DNA of 64,000 nt from an uncultured Desulfosarcinaceae bacterium (GTDB taxonomy: Bacteria > Desulfobacterota > Desulfobacteria > Desulfobacterales > JAFDCJ01): positions 40,079-104,078 of the forward strand of contig CAZGNV010000004.1 of assembly GCA_964527835.1 (NCBI GenBank), read 5' to 3'. Shown here in pieces: positions 28,704 to 37,512 of the stretch. A program made the translations under genes and the position numbers. The notes under the pieces are model-generated. The model saw nothing but the letters and a program-made list of their open reading frames with translations. It was not told the DNA's origin and did not search any database. The first letter of the stretch is position 1; each line of letters opens with the position of its first letter.

Positions 28704-30868
28704 GGCAGCCCCACTTCCACGGCCGTGACAAAATCACCCAGTCCCAAAAGCAACACCTTTTTGGGGTTCAATGCAACGGTGCCGCCGTTTGCGTAAGCTG
28801 TGGGGATCTTGCCGTTTTCCAGGAATTTGACGGCCAGCACGGCCGCCACCGCCGAGGCGGATGCGAACTGGCCGGTGATTCTGCGATAGTCGATGACGGG
28901 TTTGCCGAAACCGGTCTGAGCCAGAAACGCTTTCAGCTGACGCTGCCCTTCGCGGCGGCCGGCCGCGGGGATCCCCGCCAGCAGGGCGCCATAGCGGGCG
29001 TTTACTTGATCAGGGCCTCCCAGTTGTTTCGCCAGGGAGGCGACCACCGCAGGGTTGGCGGCCGTACTTTCAAAAAACAGGACTTTAATTGACAAGCAGC
29101 CGGGGACCTGACCGCGTTTGACACACAGGGCCCCGCCGCCGTCTGAAAGTCCGGTGCCGGCGGTGGCCGACGGGTCGAACAGGGGCGTCAGCACCCCGTG
29201 GCCCTCATCGGTACCCATGACAAGAAAGCTGCCGTCGATGTCTGCGGCCAGCAGGCCGGCGGCCAGCAGCGCCTGCTCAAAGGAATAGTCGCCCCCGGTC
29301 ATGGTGATGTTGGCGCCGGTGGCCTGAAACTGCAGGGCCACCTGGCCGGCGGCCGCATTGTGAACCGAGCCGACAAAATCAGTGGGGCTGGGAAACTGTT
29401 CGTTGCTTTCAAAAAGGCGGGTGAGAAAATCATGGGTTTCCGACTGGGCGCCCCAGCCTGTGCCCAGAAATACCGCCGTCGGCCAACGGGTGGAAGACGC
29501 ATTGTCCACCGCTTCAAGGGCCAGCGACAGGGCCAGGCGGGAAAAACGCTTCAGTCGTCGGGCCTGGCGGGCGGCAATGTTTTCCGAAACGAGTTTGGTG
29601 GACAGCATGCCCGTGCAGGTTTTTCCGGCGCGAATATTTTCCAGGGTCTGCCGGGTGCGCCCGGCTCCCGTCACACAGGCGCATCCCAGGATGGACAGGG
29701 GGGTGACGTCCGTTTTAGTACCGCCCGGATGGTCGGCATCGGCGGCGCCGATGACCAGCGCCGCATTGTTGCCGCCGAATCCAAAGGAGTTGGAAAGCAC
29801 GGTCTTCACCGGCTGGCGCAGCGGCCGCATGACCGGCTCCAGTTTCAGCTCGGGGTCCGGCTGCCGGCAGCCGGTGTTGGCGGGCACCAGTTGCCTGCTG
29901 ACACTGACAGCGCCGACCACCGCCTCAAGGGCACCGGCGGCGGCCAGGCTGTGCCCGCAGGCGCCTTTGATCGAGGATACCAGGGGCTGCGAGGAATGAA
30001 AAAGGGACCGGATGGCCCGGGCCTCGGCAAGATCATTGTCCACGGTGCCCGTGCCGTGCAGGTTGACATAATCGATGTCATCGGCTGAAATTGCGGCATC
30101 GTCAAGGGCGGCCTGCATGGCCGCCAGGGCCCCCTCACCGCCAGGTTGCGGTTTTACCGGGTGGTGGGCATCGCAGGACAGGCCCCCTCCCAGCAGGCGG
30201 GCGACGGCTCCCTGCCTGTCGTCTGCCGTCAGCAGCAGCATGGCCGCCGCCTCGGCCACCGACATTCCCCGGCGATCCTTGTCCAGGGGTCGGGCGCCCC
30301 GCGGGTCGATGAGCTGCAGTGAATGAAAACCGTAATAGGTCAGCCGGCACAGGCAGTCGGCGCCCCCGGCCAGCACCCGCGTAGCCAATCCGGCACGCAG
30401 CATTTCCAGGGCGATCTTGATGGCCACCGCCCCCGAAGAGCAGGCCGTGGAAACGGTCAACACCGGTCCGGTGCATCCCCAGCGGCGGGCAATGTCCTCG
30501 GCCACCGAACCGGGGCCGTGGCGGCGAAACAGGTGCGGGTCGCGGGCGTTTTTTTTTAGATGGACTTCGGTGCTCAGCATGCCGCCGGTGGTCACTCCCA
30601 GCACGACGGCATCCGGAGGGCTGCCGCTTCCGGCCATGGCCTGCTCAGCGGCCAGCCGCGCCAGTCGATGGGTGCGCGGCAGCGGGCCATTTTCATTCAG
30701 AGCGGAAACTTCTCCCACCGGCGGCGGTGGATGGCAGGACGTTGAAAAAAGCGTTAGCGGGCGCAGGCACGGCCGTCCTTTTTCAAGCGCTCTGATTGTC
30801 TGCGGGATGCCGTTGCCCAGGCAGCTGACCACTCCCGTGGATGCAATGTAAACCTGCACACCGGTCAA
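28700..30868 (-). CDS. Fused KS + chain-length-factor-like didomain protein
   Basis: N-terminal half: STACSSG, LHGTGT, GHSLAAAG, NSFGFGG. C-terminal half: RRLKRFSRL, SPTDFVGSVHNAAAG with no catalytic Cys. Confidence 0.88.
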   Translation of the reverse strand: MTGVQVYIASTGVVSCLGNGIPQTIRALEKGRPCLRPLTLFSTSCHPPPPVGEVSALNENGPLPRTHRLARLAAEQAMAGSGSPPDAVVLGVTTGGMLSTEVHLKKNARDPHLFRRHGPGSVAEDIARRWGCTGPVLTVSTACSSGAVAIKIALEMLRAGLATRVLAGGADCLCRLTYYGFHSLQLIDPRGARPLDKDRRGMSVAEAAAMLLLTADDRQGAVARLLGGGLSCDAHHPVKPQPGGEGALAAMQAALDDAAISADDIDYVNLHGTGTVDNDLAEARAIRSLFHSSQPLVSSIKGACGHSLAAAGALEAVVGAVSVSRQLVPANTGCRQPDPELKLEPVMRPLRQPVKTVLSNSFGFGGNNAALVIGAADADHPGGTKTDVTPLSILGCACVTGAGRTRQTLENIRAGKTCTGMLSTKLVSENIAARQARRLKRFSRLALSLALEAVDNASSTRWPTAVFLGTGWGAQSETHDFLTRLFESNEQFPSPTDFVGSVHNAAAGQVALQFQATGANITMTGGDYSFEQALLAAGLLAADIDGSFLVMGTDEGHGVLTPLFDPSATAGTGLSDGGGALCVKRGQVPGCLSIKVLFFESTAANPAVVASLAKQLGGPDQVNARYGALLAGIPAAGRREGQRQLKAFLAQTGFGKPVIDYRRITGQFASASAVAAVLAVKFLENGKIPTAYANGGTVALNPKKVLLLGLGDFVTAVEVGLP

Positions 30869-31131
30869 TTGGGCAGCTCCGGGGCGTTTTCATGGATGTA
30901 GGCGGCCAGGGTTTGCAGGGTGGCAAACACCTTGACCCCCAGCTCGCGGTTGTCGATTCGAAGGCCATAGTCTTTTTCGATCATGATCACCATTTCCAGC
31001 ACATCAATGGAATCGATTCCCAGACTTCCGCCCACCAGCTGTTCATCGGGCTTGATATCATCCGGCTGCACGTCTACCAGGTTCAAGACAGCAACGATTT
31101 TGCGCTGAAGTTCCTTGATTAAATTTTCCAT
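30865..31131 (-). CDS. Acyl carrier protein 2
   Basis: LGIDSIDVLE. Confidence 0.9.
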   Translation of the reverse strand: MENLIKELQRKIVAVLNLVDVQPDDIKPDEQLVGGSLGIDSIDVLEMVIMIEKDYGLRIDNRELGVKVFATLQTLAAYIHENAPELPN

Positions 31132-31287
31132 TTACGTTTATTCCATACGTGGTTTACAGGTTAATTATCCAAACGCTTGTTTCTTTACAGCCCCTTGGTT
31201 TTATAGTATCGTTTCAATTTATTATTATCGAGTTGATTTTTCAATGTTTTTTTAGGGCTTTTCTGGCAGGCCCCGGGATGTCGCCCC

Positions 31288-31728
31288 ATGAACCCGTTTA
31301 ATTTCAGCCTGGAGGACCTTCTGCCCCACCGCGACCGCATGTTGCTGATCGATGAGATCCTGGAGCTCGACGATAAAGTGGCGGTCACCCGGGCGACGGT
31401 CAGCGAGCAATGGCCGCTTTTCGACGGGCAGGCGGTGGCACCCCTGGTGCTCATTGAACTGGTGGCCCAGACCGCCGGTGTCTCCAATGGCTGGGTCCGA
31501 ATTCAGCAGCGCGGATTGGATTCTGAAAAGAAAGGCTGGCTGGTGGGGATCAAGCAGGCCCGTTTTTTCGTGGACGCGCTTTTAATAAATCAGCAGATCA
31601 TTACCCGCGCGGAAAATCATTTTGCCTATGAAGGCTTCCGGCACATCCGGGGAACCGCCCGCATCGGCCCTGAGATTGTCGGCGAGGTCGAGCTGCAGGT
31701 CATTCAAACCGATTCAGAAGGGGAATAG
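31288..31728 (+). CDS. Hotdog dehydratase (ApeP-like)
   Basis: LLPHRDRMLLID, IELVAQTAG, GWLVGIK. Confidence 0.82.
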   Translation: MNPFNFSLEDLLPHRDRMLLIDEILELDDKVAVTRATVSEQWPLFDGQAVAPLVLIELVAQTAGVSNGWVRIQQRGLDSEKKGWLVGIKQARFFVDALLINQQIITRAENHFAYEGFRHIRGTARIGPEIVGEVELQVIQTDSEGE

Positions 31729-31734
31729 CGGCCA

Positions 31735-32472
31735 ATGGAAGAATCAGGTGACGCAAAGACTGCCCTGGTCACGGGGGGCAGCAGGGGGATTGGACGGGCC
31801 ATTTGTGTTGAACTGGCAAAATCCGGCTACCAGGTGGTGGTCAATTACCGCTCGGACGAAAATGGCGCTTTGAAAACCCTGGCAATGGTCCGCCAGGAGG
31901 GTTCCGACGGCAGGATCCTGGGTTTTGATGTTGCCGATTATGACGAAGCCCGGGGGGCCGTGGATGAGATTGTCAAAGATTATGCCGCCATTGATGTGCT
32001 GGTCAACAACGCCGGCATTACCGCGGACGGCCTGTTTATCATGATGCCCCGCAAAGACTGGCATGCAGTGATCGATGTCAGCCTGAGCGGGTTTTACAAC
32101 GTGACCAAGCCGGTGCTTGAAAAAATGATCCGCCGCAAAAGCGGAGCGGTGGTTTCCATCGCATCGGTGGCGGGGCTGATCGGCAACCGGGGCCAGGCCA
32201 ACTACTCGGCAGCCAAAGCCGGGCTGATCGGCGCCAGCCGGGCGGTGGCCTCCGAAGTCGCGCGGCTGGGCATCCGGGTCAATGTGGTCGCCCCCGGGCT
32301 CATCGAGACGGACATGATCAAGGAGGCCCCCGTGGACAATATCAAGGCCCTGATTCCCATGGCGCGCATCGGCGAGCCGCGGGAGGTGGCGCGGGTGGTA
32401 CGGTTTCTGTGCTCCGATGATGCGTCCTATGTGACCGGGCAGGTCATATCGGTCAATGGCGGCATGTTCTAG
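31735..32472 (+). CDS. fabG: 3-oxoacyl-ACP reductase
   Basis: TGGSRGIG, NNAGIT, YSAAK, VAPGLIET. Confidence 0.95.
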   Translation: MEESGDAKTALVTGGSRGIGRAICVELAKSGYQVVVNYRSDENGALKTLAMVRQEGSDGRILGFDVADYDEARGAVDEIVKDYAAIDVLVNNAGITADGLFIMMPRKDWHAVIDVSLSGFYNVTKPVLEKMIRRKSGAVVSIASVAGLIGNRGQANYSAAKAGLIGASRAVASEVARLGIRVNVVAPGLIETDMIKEAPVDNIKALIPMARIGEPREVARVVRFLCSDDASYVTGQVISVNGGMF

Positions 32473-32615
32473 AAGTGGTTGCAATGTCGCGTCTAATACT
32501 CGATAGCGGCGTTGTCCCGAGAATTTAAATGCTCACGTACTGCGTGTACGCTCCGCTTTAAATTCTCGAGACGCCTTGCTCTCGAGCATGATCCGGGGCA
32601 CTGCAACCACTTCTA
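32470..32615. mobile_element. MITE-like element with 14-bp perfect inverted ends
   Basis: TAGAAGTGGTTGCA / TGCAACCACTTCTA; inner GAGAATTTAAA / TTTAAATTCTC; CTAG and CTAA flanks; the left end supplies the fabG stop. Confidence 0.75.
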
Positions 32616-32633
32616 ACTGGAAATTTCACCATA

Positions 32634-33251
32634 ATGAAGCATTTACAAAAAGTGCATTGTGTTTTAAGTGCAACCCTGCTTGTCGCGGCGGTTTTGTGTA
32701 TGGGGTGGGCGGACAGCTGGCAGGGGCTCAAGGCCGGTGCCGGCAAGCTGAGCACAGTTCAGGCGCAGTTTGTCCAGCAAAAGCACATGAAGATTCTTGC
32801 CCGGCCGCTGGTGTCAAAGGGCATCATGTATTTTCGCGCTCCGGCCTCGCTGCGCTGGGAATACCGCGAGCCGGTGACAAGTATTTTGCTTTTGCACCAA
32901 GGAAACACCAGGCGTTATGTCGAAAAAGACGGACAGCTGGTGGAAGACGCCTCGGCCCACCTGCAGTCAATGCAGATGGTGGTCCAGCAAATCAGCGCTT
33001 GGATGAGCGGGCGCTTTGACGAAAACCCGGCATTTGCCGCCACCCTGGCGGCCGGGCGCAAAATCGTGCTCGTCCCCCGTGACAAGTCCTTTGCCCGGCT
33101 CATCAAGCGCATTGAAATCCTCCTGGCCGACCAGCCGGGGGTCATTCAATCGGTGATGATTTATGAAAGCCGGGATTCCTACACCCGGCTGTTGTTCGAA
33201 AATGCGGTGCTGAATCAGCCCCTGGACGATCTCATTTTCCGGAAGAAATGA
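32634..33251 (+). CDS. LolA-like outer-membrane lipoprotein carrier
   Basis: AQFVQQKH, SKGIMYFRAPASLRWEY. Confidence 0.82.
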   Translation: MKHLQKVHCVLSATLLVAAVLCMGWADSWQGLKAGAGKLSTVQAQFVQQKHMKILARPLVSKGIMYFRAPASLRWEYREPVTSILLLHQGNTRRYVEKDGQLVEDASAHLQSMQMVVQQISAWMSGRFDENPAFAATLAAGRKIVLVPRDKSFARLIKRIEILLADQPGVIQSVMIYESRDSYTRLLFENAVLNQPLDDLIFRKK

Positions 33252-33911
33252 ATGCAGCGGTTTTTCTTTTTACCAGTGGTCCTGCTTGTGATTTTTTCCT
33301 GCAGCGGTCTGCCCCGGGTGTACTCCACCGGCGGGAAGGATGGGCCTCAGATCCGGCGGGCGTGTGAGGCGGTATTTCCCAGCGGCAAATGGCAGCTTTT
33401 GCACTCCATCGAAACCAGCCTGCCGGGCGGCCGCAAGGGGTTTGTGATGGGGTTGAGCGTCATTTCGCCGGCTGACGGATCCGTGCACAGCGTCATCATG
33501 ACCATGGAGGGGCTGGTGCTTTTCGATGCCGCCGATGACGGCCGGCTGGTCGTCAAGCGGGCGGTGGCCCCCTTTGATGCGGACAATTTCGCCGCCGGGC
33601 TGATCAATGACGTCCGGCTGATGTTTTTCAGACCCCGCGAGGCACCGGTTGAGACCGGAAGGCTGGAAAACGGGGCTTCCGTATGCCGGTACCGGCGCTC
33701 GGACGGGCACATCGTCGATGTCATCTCCGGCCAGGACGGTAGCTGGGAAATACGGCAATACGATCGGCAGCTGCGCATGATTCGCAATGTAACAGGTTCT
33801 GGGCCGACGGAGAATGCGGGAATTTTTAAGCGCATCGAGCTTGTCGCCCGGGGCCCGTCCCGCTACGCCCTGGCCATGGACCTGGTGGAAGCCGTACAGT
33901 TAAAAAAATAA
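33252..33911 (+). CDS. Lipoprotein, possibly LolB/DUF3261-like
   Basis: Lipobox IFSC; directly after the LolA-like gene; MTMEGLVLF motif. Confidence 0.55.
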   Translation: MQRFFFLPVVLLVIFSCSGLPRVYSTGGKDGPQIRRACEAVFPSGKWQLLHSIETSLPGGRKGFVMGLSVISPADGSVHSVIMTMEGLVLFDAADDGRLVVKRAVAPFDADNFAAGLINDVRLMFFRPREAPVETGRLENGASVCRYRRSDGHIVDVISGQDGSWEIRQYDRQLRMIRNVTGSGPTENAGIFKRIELVARGPSRYALAMDLVEAVQLKK

Positions 33912-33985
33912 AGGCTAAAATTCCAACAGCAGGGCAACGAAGCACTTGTTTTTTCATCAATTCAAAAACAAAAACGGGTTTATTT

Positions 33986-35257
33986 GTGAAATTTAAGCTC
34001 ATTTATCCAAAATGGCCGAAGCTCGAGCGGCAAACCGAATTTCATCTGCCGCCCCATGGGCCGGTGGTTTTTGCCGCCACCCTGCCCGATGACGTGCAAG
34101 TCGAATTTGTCGACGAGAACCTGGAAGCGCTTGATTTTGACGATCCGATGGACTTGGTGGGGATTTCCATGATGCTGACCGCCCAGGTCAAACGCGGCTG
34201 GGAAATTGCCGACACCTATCGGCAAAAAGGCGTCCCGGTCATCTGCGGCGGCATTGCCGCCATGCTGCACGCCGAAGAGACCAGGGGCCATGCGGACAGC
34301 GTTTTTCTCGGCGAGGCCGAGGGCCGCATGGAGGAGGTTCTGGCGGATTTTAAAAAGGGGCGGCTCAAACCGGTTTACGACTACCTGGAGGATCGGCCGC
34401 CCATCGAAACCGTGGGCCCGGCCCGGCGCGACATCCTTAATAAGGACCTCTACAATTACAAGGGCATCCAGATGGTGGATCTGGTGCACGCTTCCCGGGG
34501 CTGCCGGTTTTCCTGCTATCCCTGTGCTGTGGCTTACCTGGGCGGCAGAAAATTCAGGCCGCGCCCGGTGGACCGGGCGGTTGAAGAGATGGCCGGCATT
34601 GACAACAACCGCCTGTTTCTGGTGGACAATTCCCTGGCCCAGGATACGCGCTGGGAAATGGAGCTGTTCCGCGCCATGATCCCCCTGAGAAAAAAATGGT
34701 GCAGCCATCCCATCGAGGACAAGCCGGAGGTGCTCGAGCTGGCCGCCCGGGCCGGCGCGTGGTACGTCTACCAGGCGGTTTTCGACACTTCGGATTACAT
34801 CCGGCAGCGCATCGAACGCTACCACGATCACGGCATCGGGGTGGAAGGCACCATCCTGCTGGGCCTGGACCATCACACCGAAGACAGCATCAAGCGGCTG
34901 ATTGATTTTTTGCTGGAAATCGAACTGGATACCGCCGAGTTCACGGTGCTCACGCCTTTTCCCCATACCAAGGCCTATGACGATCTGAAGCAGCAGGGCC
35001 GGATATTTTCCTACGACTGGAATGACTATACGGCTGACAAGGTCGTCTACCATCCCCGGCACATGTCGGCCGAGCGGCTGCAGGAATTATTTTACTACGC
35101 CTGGGATGCATTTTACGCCGATGAGTCCCAGGAATTGAAAATGTTCAAGCTGTTTCATCGGGTGGTGCAAAAGGAGATGGCCGACGGTACGTTCCGGCCC
35201 CGCGACCGGGCGCTGGCATCCCGCGCATTTGGCAAAAAGATCTGCCCCGCAATTTGA
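33986..35257 (+). CDS. B12-binding radical SAM protein
   Basis: DLVGIS, VICGG, SRGCRFSCYPC, LTPFPHT. Confidence 0.9.
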   Translation: MKFKLIYPKWPKLERQTEFHLPPHGPVVFAATLPDDVQVEFVDENLEALDFDDPMDLVGISMMLTAQVKRGWEIADTYRQKGVPVICGGIAAMLHAEETRGHADSVFLGEAEGRMEEVLADFKKGRLKPVYDYLEDRPPIETVGPARRDILNKDLYNYKGIQMVDLVHASRGCRFSCYPCAVAYLGGRKFRPRPVDRAVEEMAGIDNNRLFLVDNSLAQDTRWEMELFRAMIPLRKKWCSHPIEDKPEVLELAARAGAWYVYQAVFDTSDYIRQRIERYHDHGIGVEGTILLGLDHHTEDSIKRLIDFLLEIELDTAEFTVLTPFPHTKAYDDLKQQGRIFSYDWNDYTADKVVYHPRHMSAERLQELFYYAWDAFYADESQELKMFKLFHRVVQKEMADGTFRPRDRALASRAFGKKICPAI

Positions 35258-35283
35258 AACAACAACCGATTCAACGGGATGAA

Positions 35284-36306
35284 ATGACAAGCGAGAAAAA
35301 TGATAAACCTGCATCCGAAATAACCCGCAGAGATTTTATCCGGTATTCCGGTGTGGTCGGCGGAGCTTTATTTTTTGGTTTACACGGAGATTTGGCTATG
35401 TCCGATCCAAATAAAAGTCGCGTTGCCCTGGTCAGTACCCAAAATCGCAAAACCGGAGTTGCTGCAAGCATTCGGGCACTGGATCTCAATCCGGTTAAGA
35501 ATAAGGATGTACTGATCAAGCCCAATTTCAACACGGCGGATCACGCTCCGGGATCCACTCACAACGATACCCTGGTGGCCCTGGTGGAGGAAGCCTGGAA
35601 GATGGGAGCCAAAACGGTCAGCCTGGGGGAGCGCAGCTATCCGCCCACCCGTGAAGTTATGGCCCAAAAGGGCATCATCCCATTAATGGAAAAGCTGGAT
35701 GTCACCATCATCGATTTTGACGAGCTGGCAGCAAAGGACTGGATCAAGGTTGACGCTAAAGATTCCCACTGGCAGGACGGATTCCGGGTGGCCCGGCCGG
35801 TTCTGGAGTCGGAGTGTCTGATTTCCACCTGCTGTCTGAAAACCCATCAGTTCGGCGGGGTGTTTACCATGTCGCTCAAACTTCATGTGGGGGTAGTCCC
35901 CACCACGCGGCACGGCTATCATTATATGCGCGAACTGCATTCATCTCCCCATCAACGGAAGTTGATTGCTGAACTGAACGCCCCCTTTACACCGGCCCTC
36001 ATTGTCCTGGACGGCATCGATGCTTTTGTCGACGGTGGTCCGGCCAGCGGAAAACGTGCCAGGGGCAATGTTTTTCTCGCTGCCACCGATCGGGTGGCCA
36101 TTGATGCTGTCGGGCTGGCGGTCTTAAAATCGCTGGGAAGCAACGATCAAATCATGAACACCAAGATTTTCGATCAGGAACAGATTGCCCGGGCGGCGCA
36201 ATTAGGGCTGGGAGCGTCATCCCCGTCGCAAATCGAGGTGCTTGCCGCAGGAGAGCAAAGCCGTGCATACCGAAATCGGGTGGTTAAAATTCTTAGCCAA
36301 GGCTGA
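35284..36306 (+). CDS. Tat-exported DUF362 Fe-S protein
   Basis: TRRDFIR twin-arginine signal, VLIKPNFN, LKTHQFGGVFTMSLK, DRVAIDA. Confidence 0.8.
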   Translation: MTSEKNDKPASEITRRDFIRYSGVVGGALFFGLHGDLAMSDPNKSRVALVSTQNRKTGVAASIRALDLNPVKNKDVLIKPNFNTADHAPGSTHNDTLVALVEEAWKMGAKTVSLGERSYPPTREVMAQKGIIPLMEKLDVTIIDFDELAAKDWIKVDAKDSHWQDGFRVARPVLESECLISTCCLKTHQFGGVFTMSLKLHVGVVPTTRHGYHYMRELHSSPHQRKLIAELNAPFTPALIVLDGIDAFVDGGPASGKRARGNVFLAATDRVAIDAVGLAVLKSLGSNDQIMNTKIFDQEQIARAAQLGLGASSPSQIEVLAAGEQSRAYRNRVVKILSQG

Positions 36307-36910
36307 CGCGCTTTGGAGGGCTCCAGTAAAGGCAGGCATTGACTTCGTACCATGCGAGGCCGGTGGTCAGGGGCCCCCGGGTGCAGGGGCTGATGATGCC
36401 GCAGACAACAAAAAGATCAATCACCGCATGCAGATCCAGGGAAAGTTTAAGTGGTTGCATGATGGCCCCCATGAGCCCGGCTTCGACGGTATAAGACGGC
36501 GCATGGCGTTTGAGGTGCCGGAAAAATTGAACCAGAGCTTCGATGTGATCTCCGGCTTCGGCGGCCAGTGATTCTTGCACCGCCCTTTCAGGGTCCAGGG
36601 TGCCGGTTTGCCCGGCGTTTTCCACCAGCTTGCGCGCCACCGGCGGCATAAAATAGGTTTCTCCGGCGCCCAGGGCAAGAATCCGGTCTTCCCAGGCCGG
36701 GCTTTGGCCGGATTTTACGGGGATCAGCAGGCGTTCTTCAAAGGCCGTCAAGATGCAATCATTTATCTGATGCGGTGGCAGGTCAATAGTTTCATAGGAT
36801 ATGACTTCTGCACCCATTGCGGTTGCCAGCAGTCTGGCCAGGTTGGCGGCTTCCTTTTGCTGAAGCTGGGATCGCAGTGCCGTTTCAAGATGGTGGATTC
36901 TTTTTATCAT
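36293..36910 (-). CDS. Hypothetical protein (tandem paralog B)
   Basis: Coupled ORF; shares LLIPV, AGExY, TGT, GIISP, YEVN with its neighbour. Confidence 0.75.
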   Translation of the reverse strand: MIKRIHHLETALRSQLQQKEAANLARLLATAMGAEVISYETIDLPPHQINDCILTAFEERLLIPVKSGQSPAWEDRILALGAGETYFMPPVARKLVENAGQTGTLDPERAVQESLAAEAGDHIEALVQFFRHLKRHAPSYTVEAGLMGAIMQPLKLSLDLHAVIDLFVVCGIISPCTRGPLTTGLAWYEVNACLYWSPPKRVSLG

Positions 36911-37512
36911 GGCCGTTGCGGCCCCGGATAGACGCTGGGGTTGACTTCATATAGCGGGGCTTTGGTTCTGGCCACCGGTTCGATGGCGGCCAGCTTCGGG
37001 CTGATAATGCCGCCGCCCTTCAAAATCGCAATCATGGCGCCGGTTTTGTCTTTGATTCCGGCTTTGAGGCAGGCGGCATTGATGGCCGCCGCACCGATGG
37101 TATAATTGACGGCTCGCCCGGTGATTGCCGCGACCAGCGGCGGCATTTTCTGCCAGTCCGGCTCCCCCATGTCCCGGTACAAAGACAGAACAGCCCCCGG
37201 GATGTTCCACGTTCCGGTGGCAGCCGCCACCTCGATCAGGTAGCGGGAGATGTTCGGTTTTTCATACATCTCACCCGCTTCCATCCTCATCACCCGGTTG
37301 TCCCATTCGCTGCACTGGGAGGCCGCCACGGGTATCAGCAGCTTCCAGTCCCACGCAAACAGCAGCAGTTCCTCGATGTCCCGGGGTTCAATTTTCCGGA
37401 TGTCCTCAAATGCAATCGTGGGCTGGCGACAGGCAGCCATTAAAACATCGGCAAGCCCGGGAGGCATTTTTTCACCATAGCGGGCGTAAAACGCGCTGGA
37501 CAGATGCTGCAT
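36907..37512 (-). CDS. Hypothetical protein (tandem paralog A)
   Basis: Starts immediately after the radical SAM stop; same shared motifs. Confidence 0.75.
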   Translation of the reverse strand: MQHLSSAFYARYGEKMPPGLADVLMAACRQPTIAFEDIRKIEPRDIEELLLFAWDWKLLIPVAASQCSEWDNRVMRMEAGEMYEKPNISRYLIEVAAATGTWNIPGAVLSLYRDMGEPDWQKMPPLVAAITGRAVNYTIGAAAINAACLKAGIKDKTGAMIAILKGGGIISPKLAAIEPVARTKAPLYEVNPSVYPGPQRP

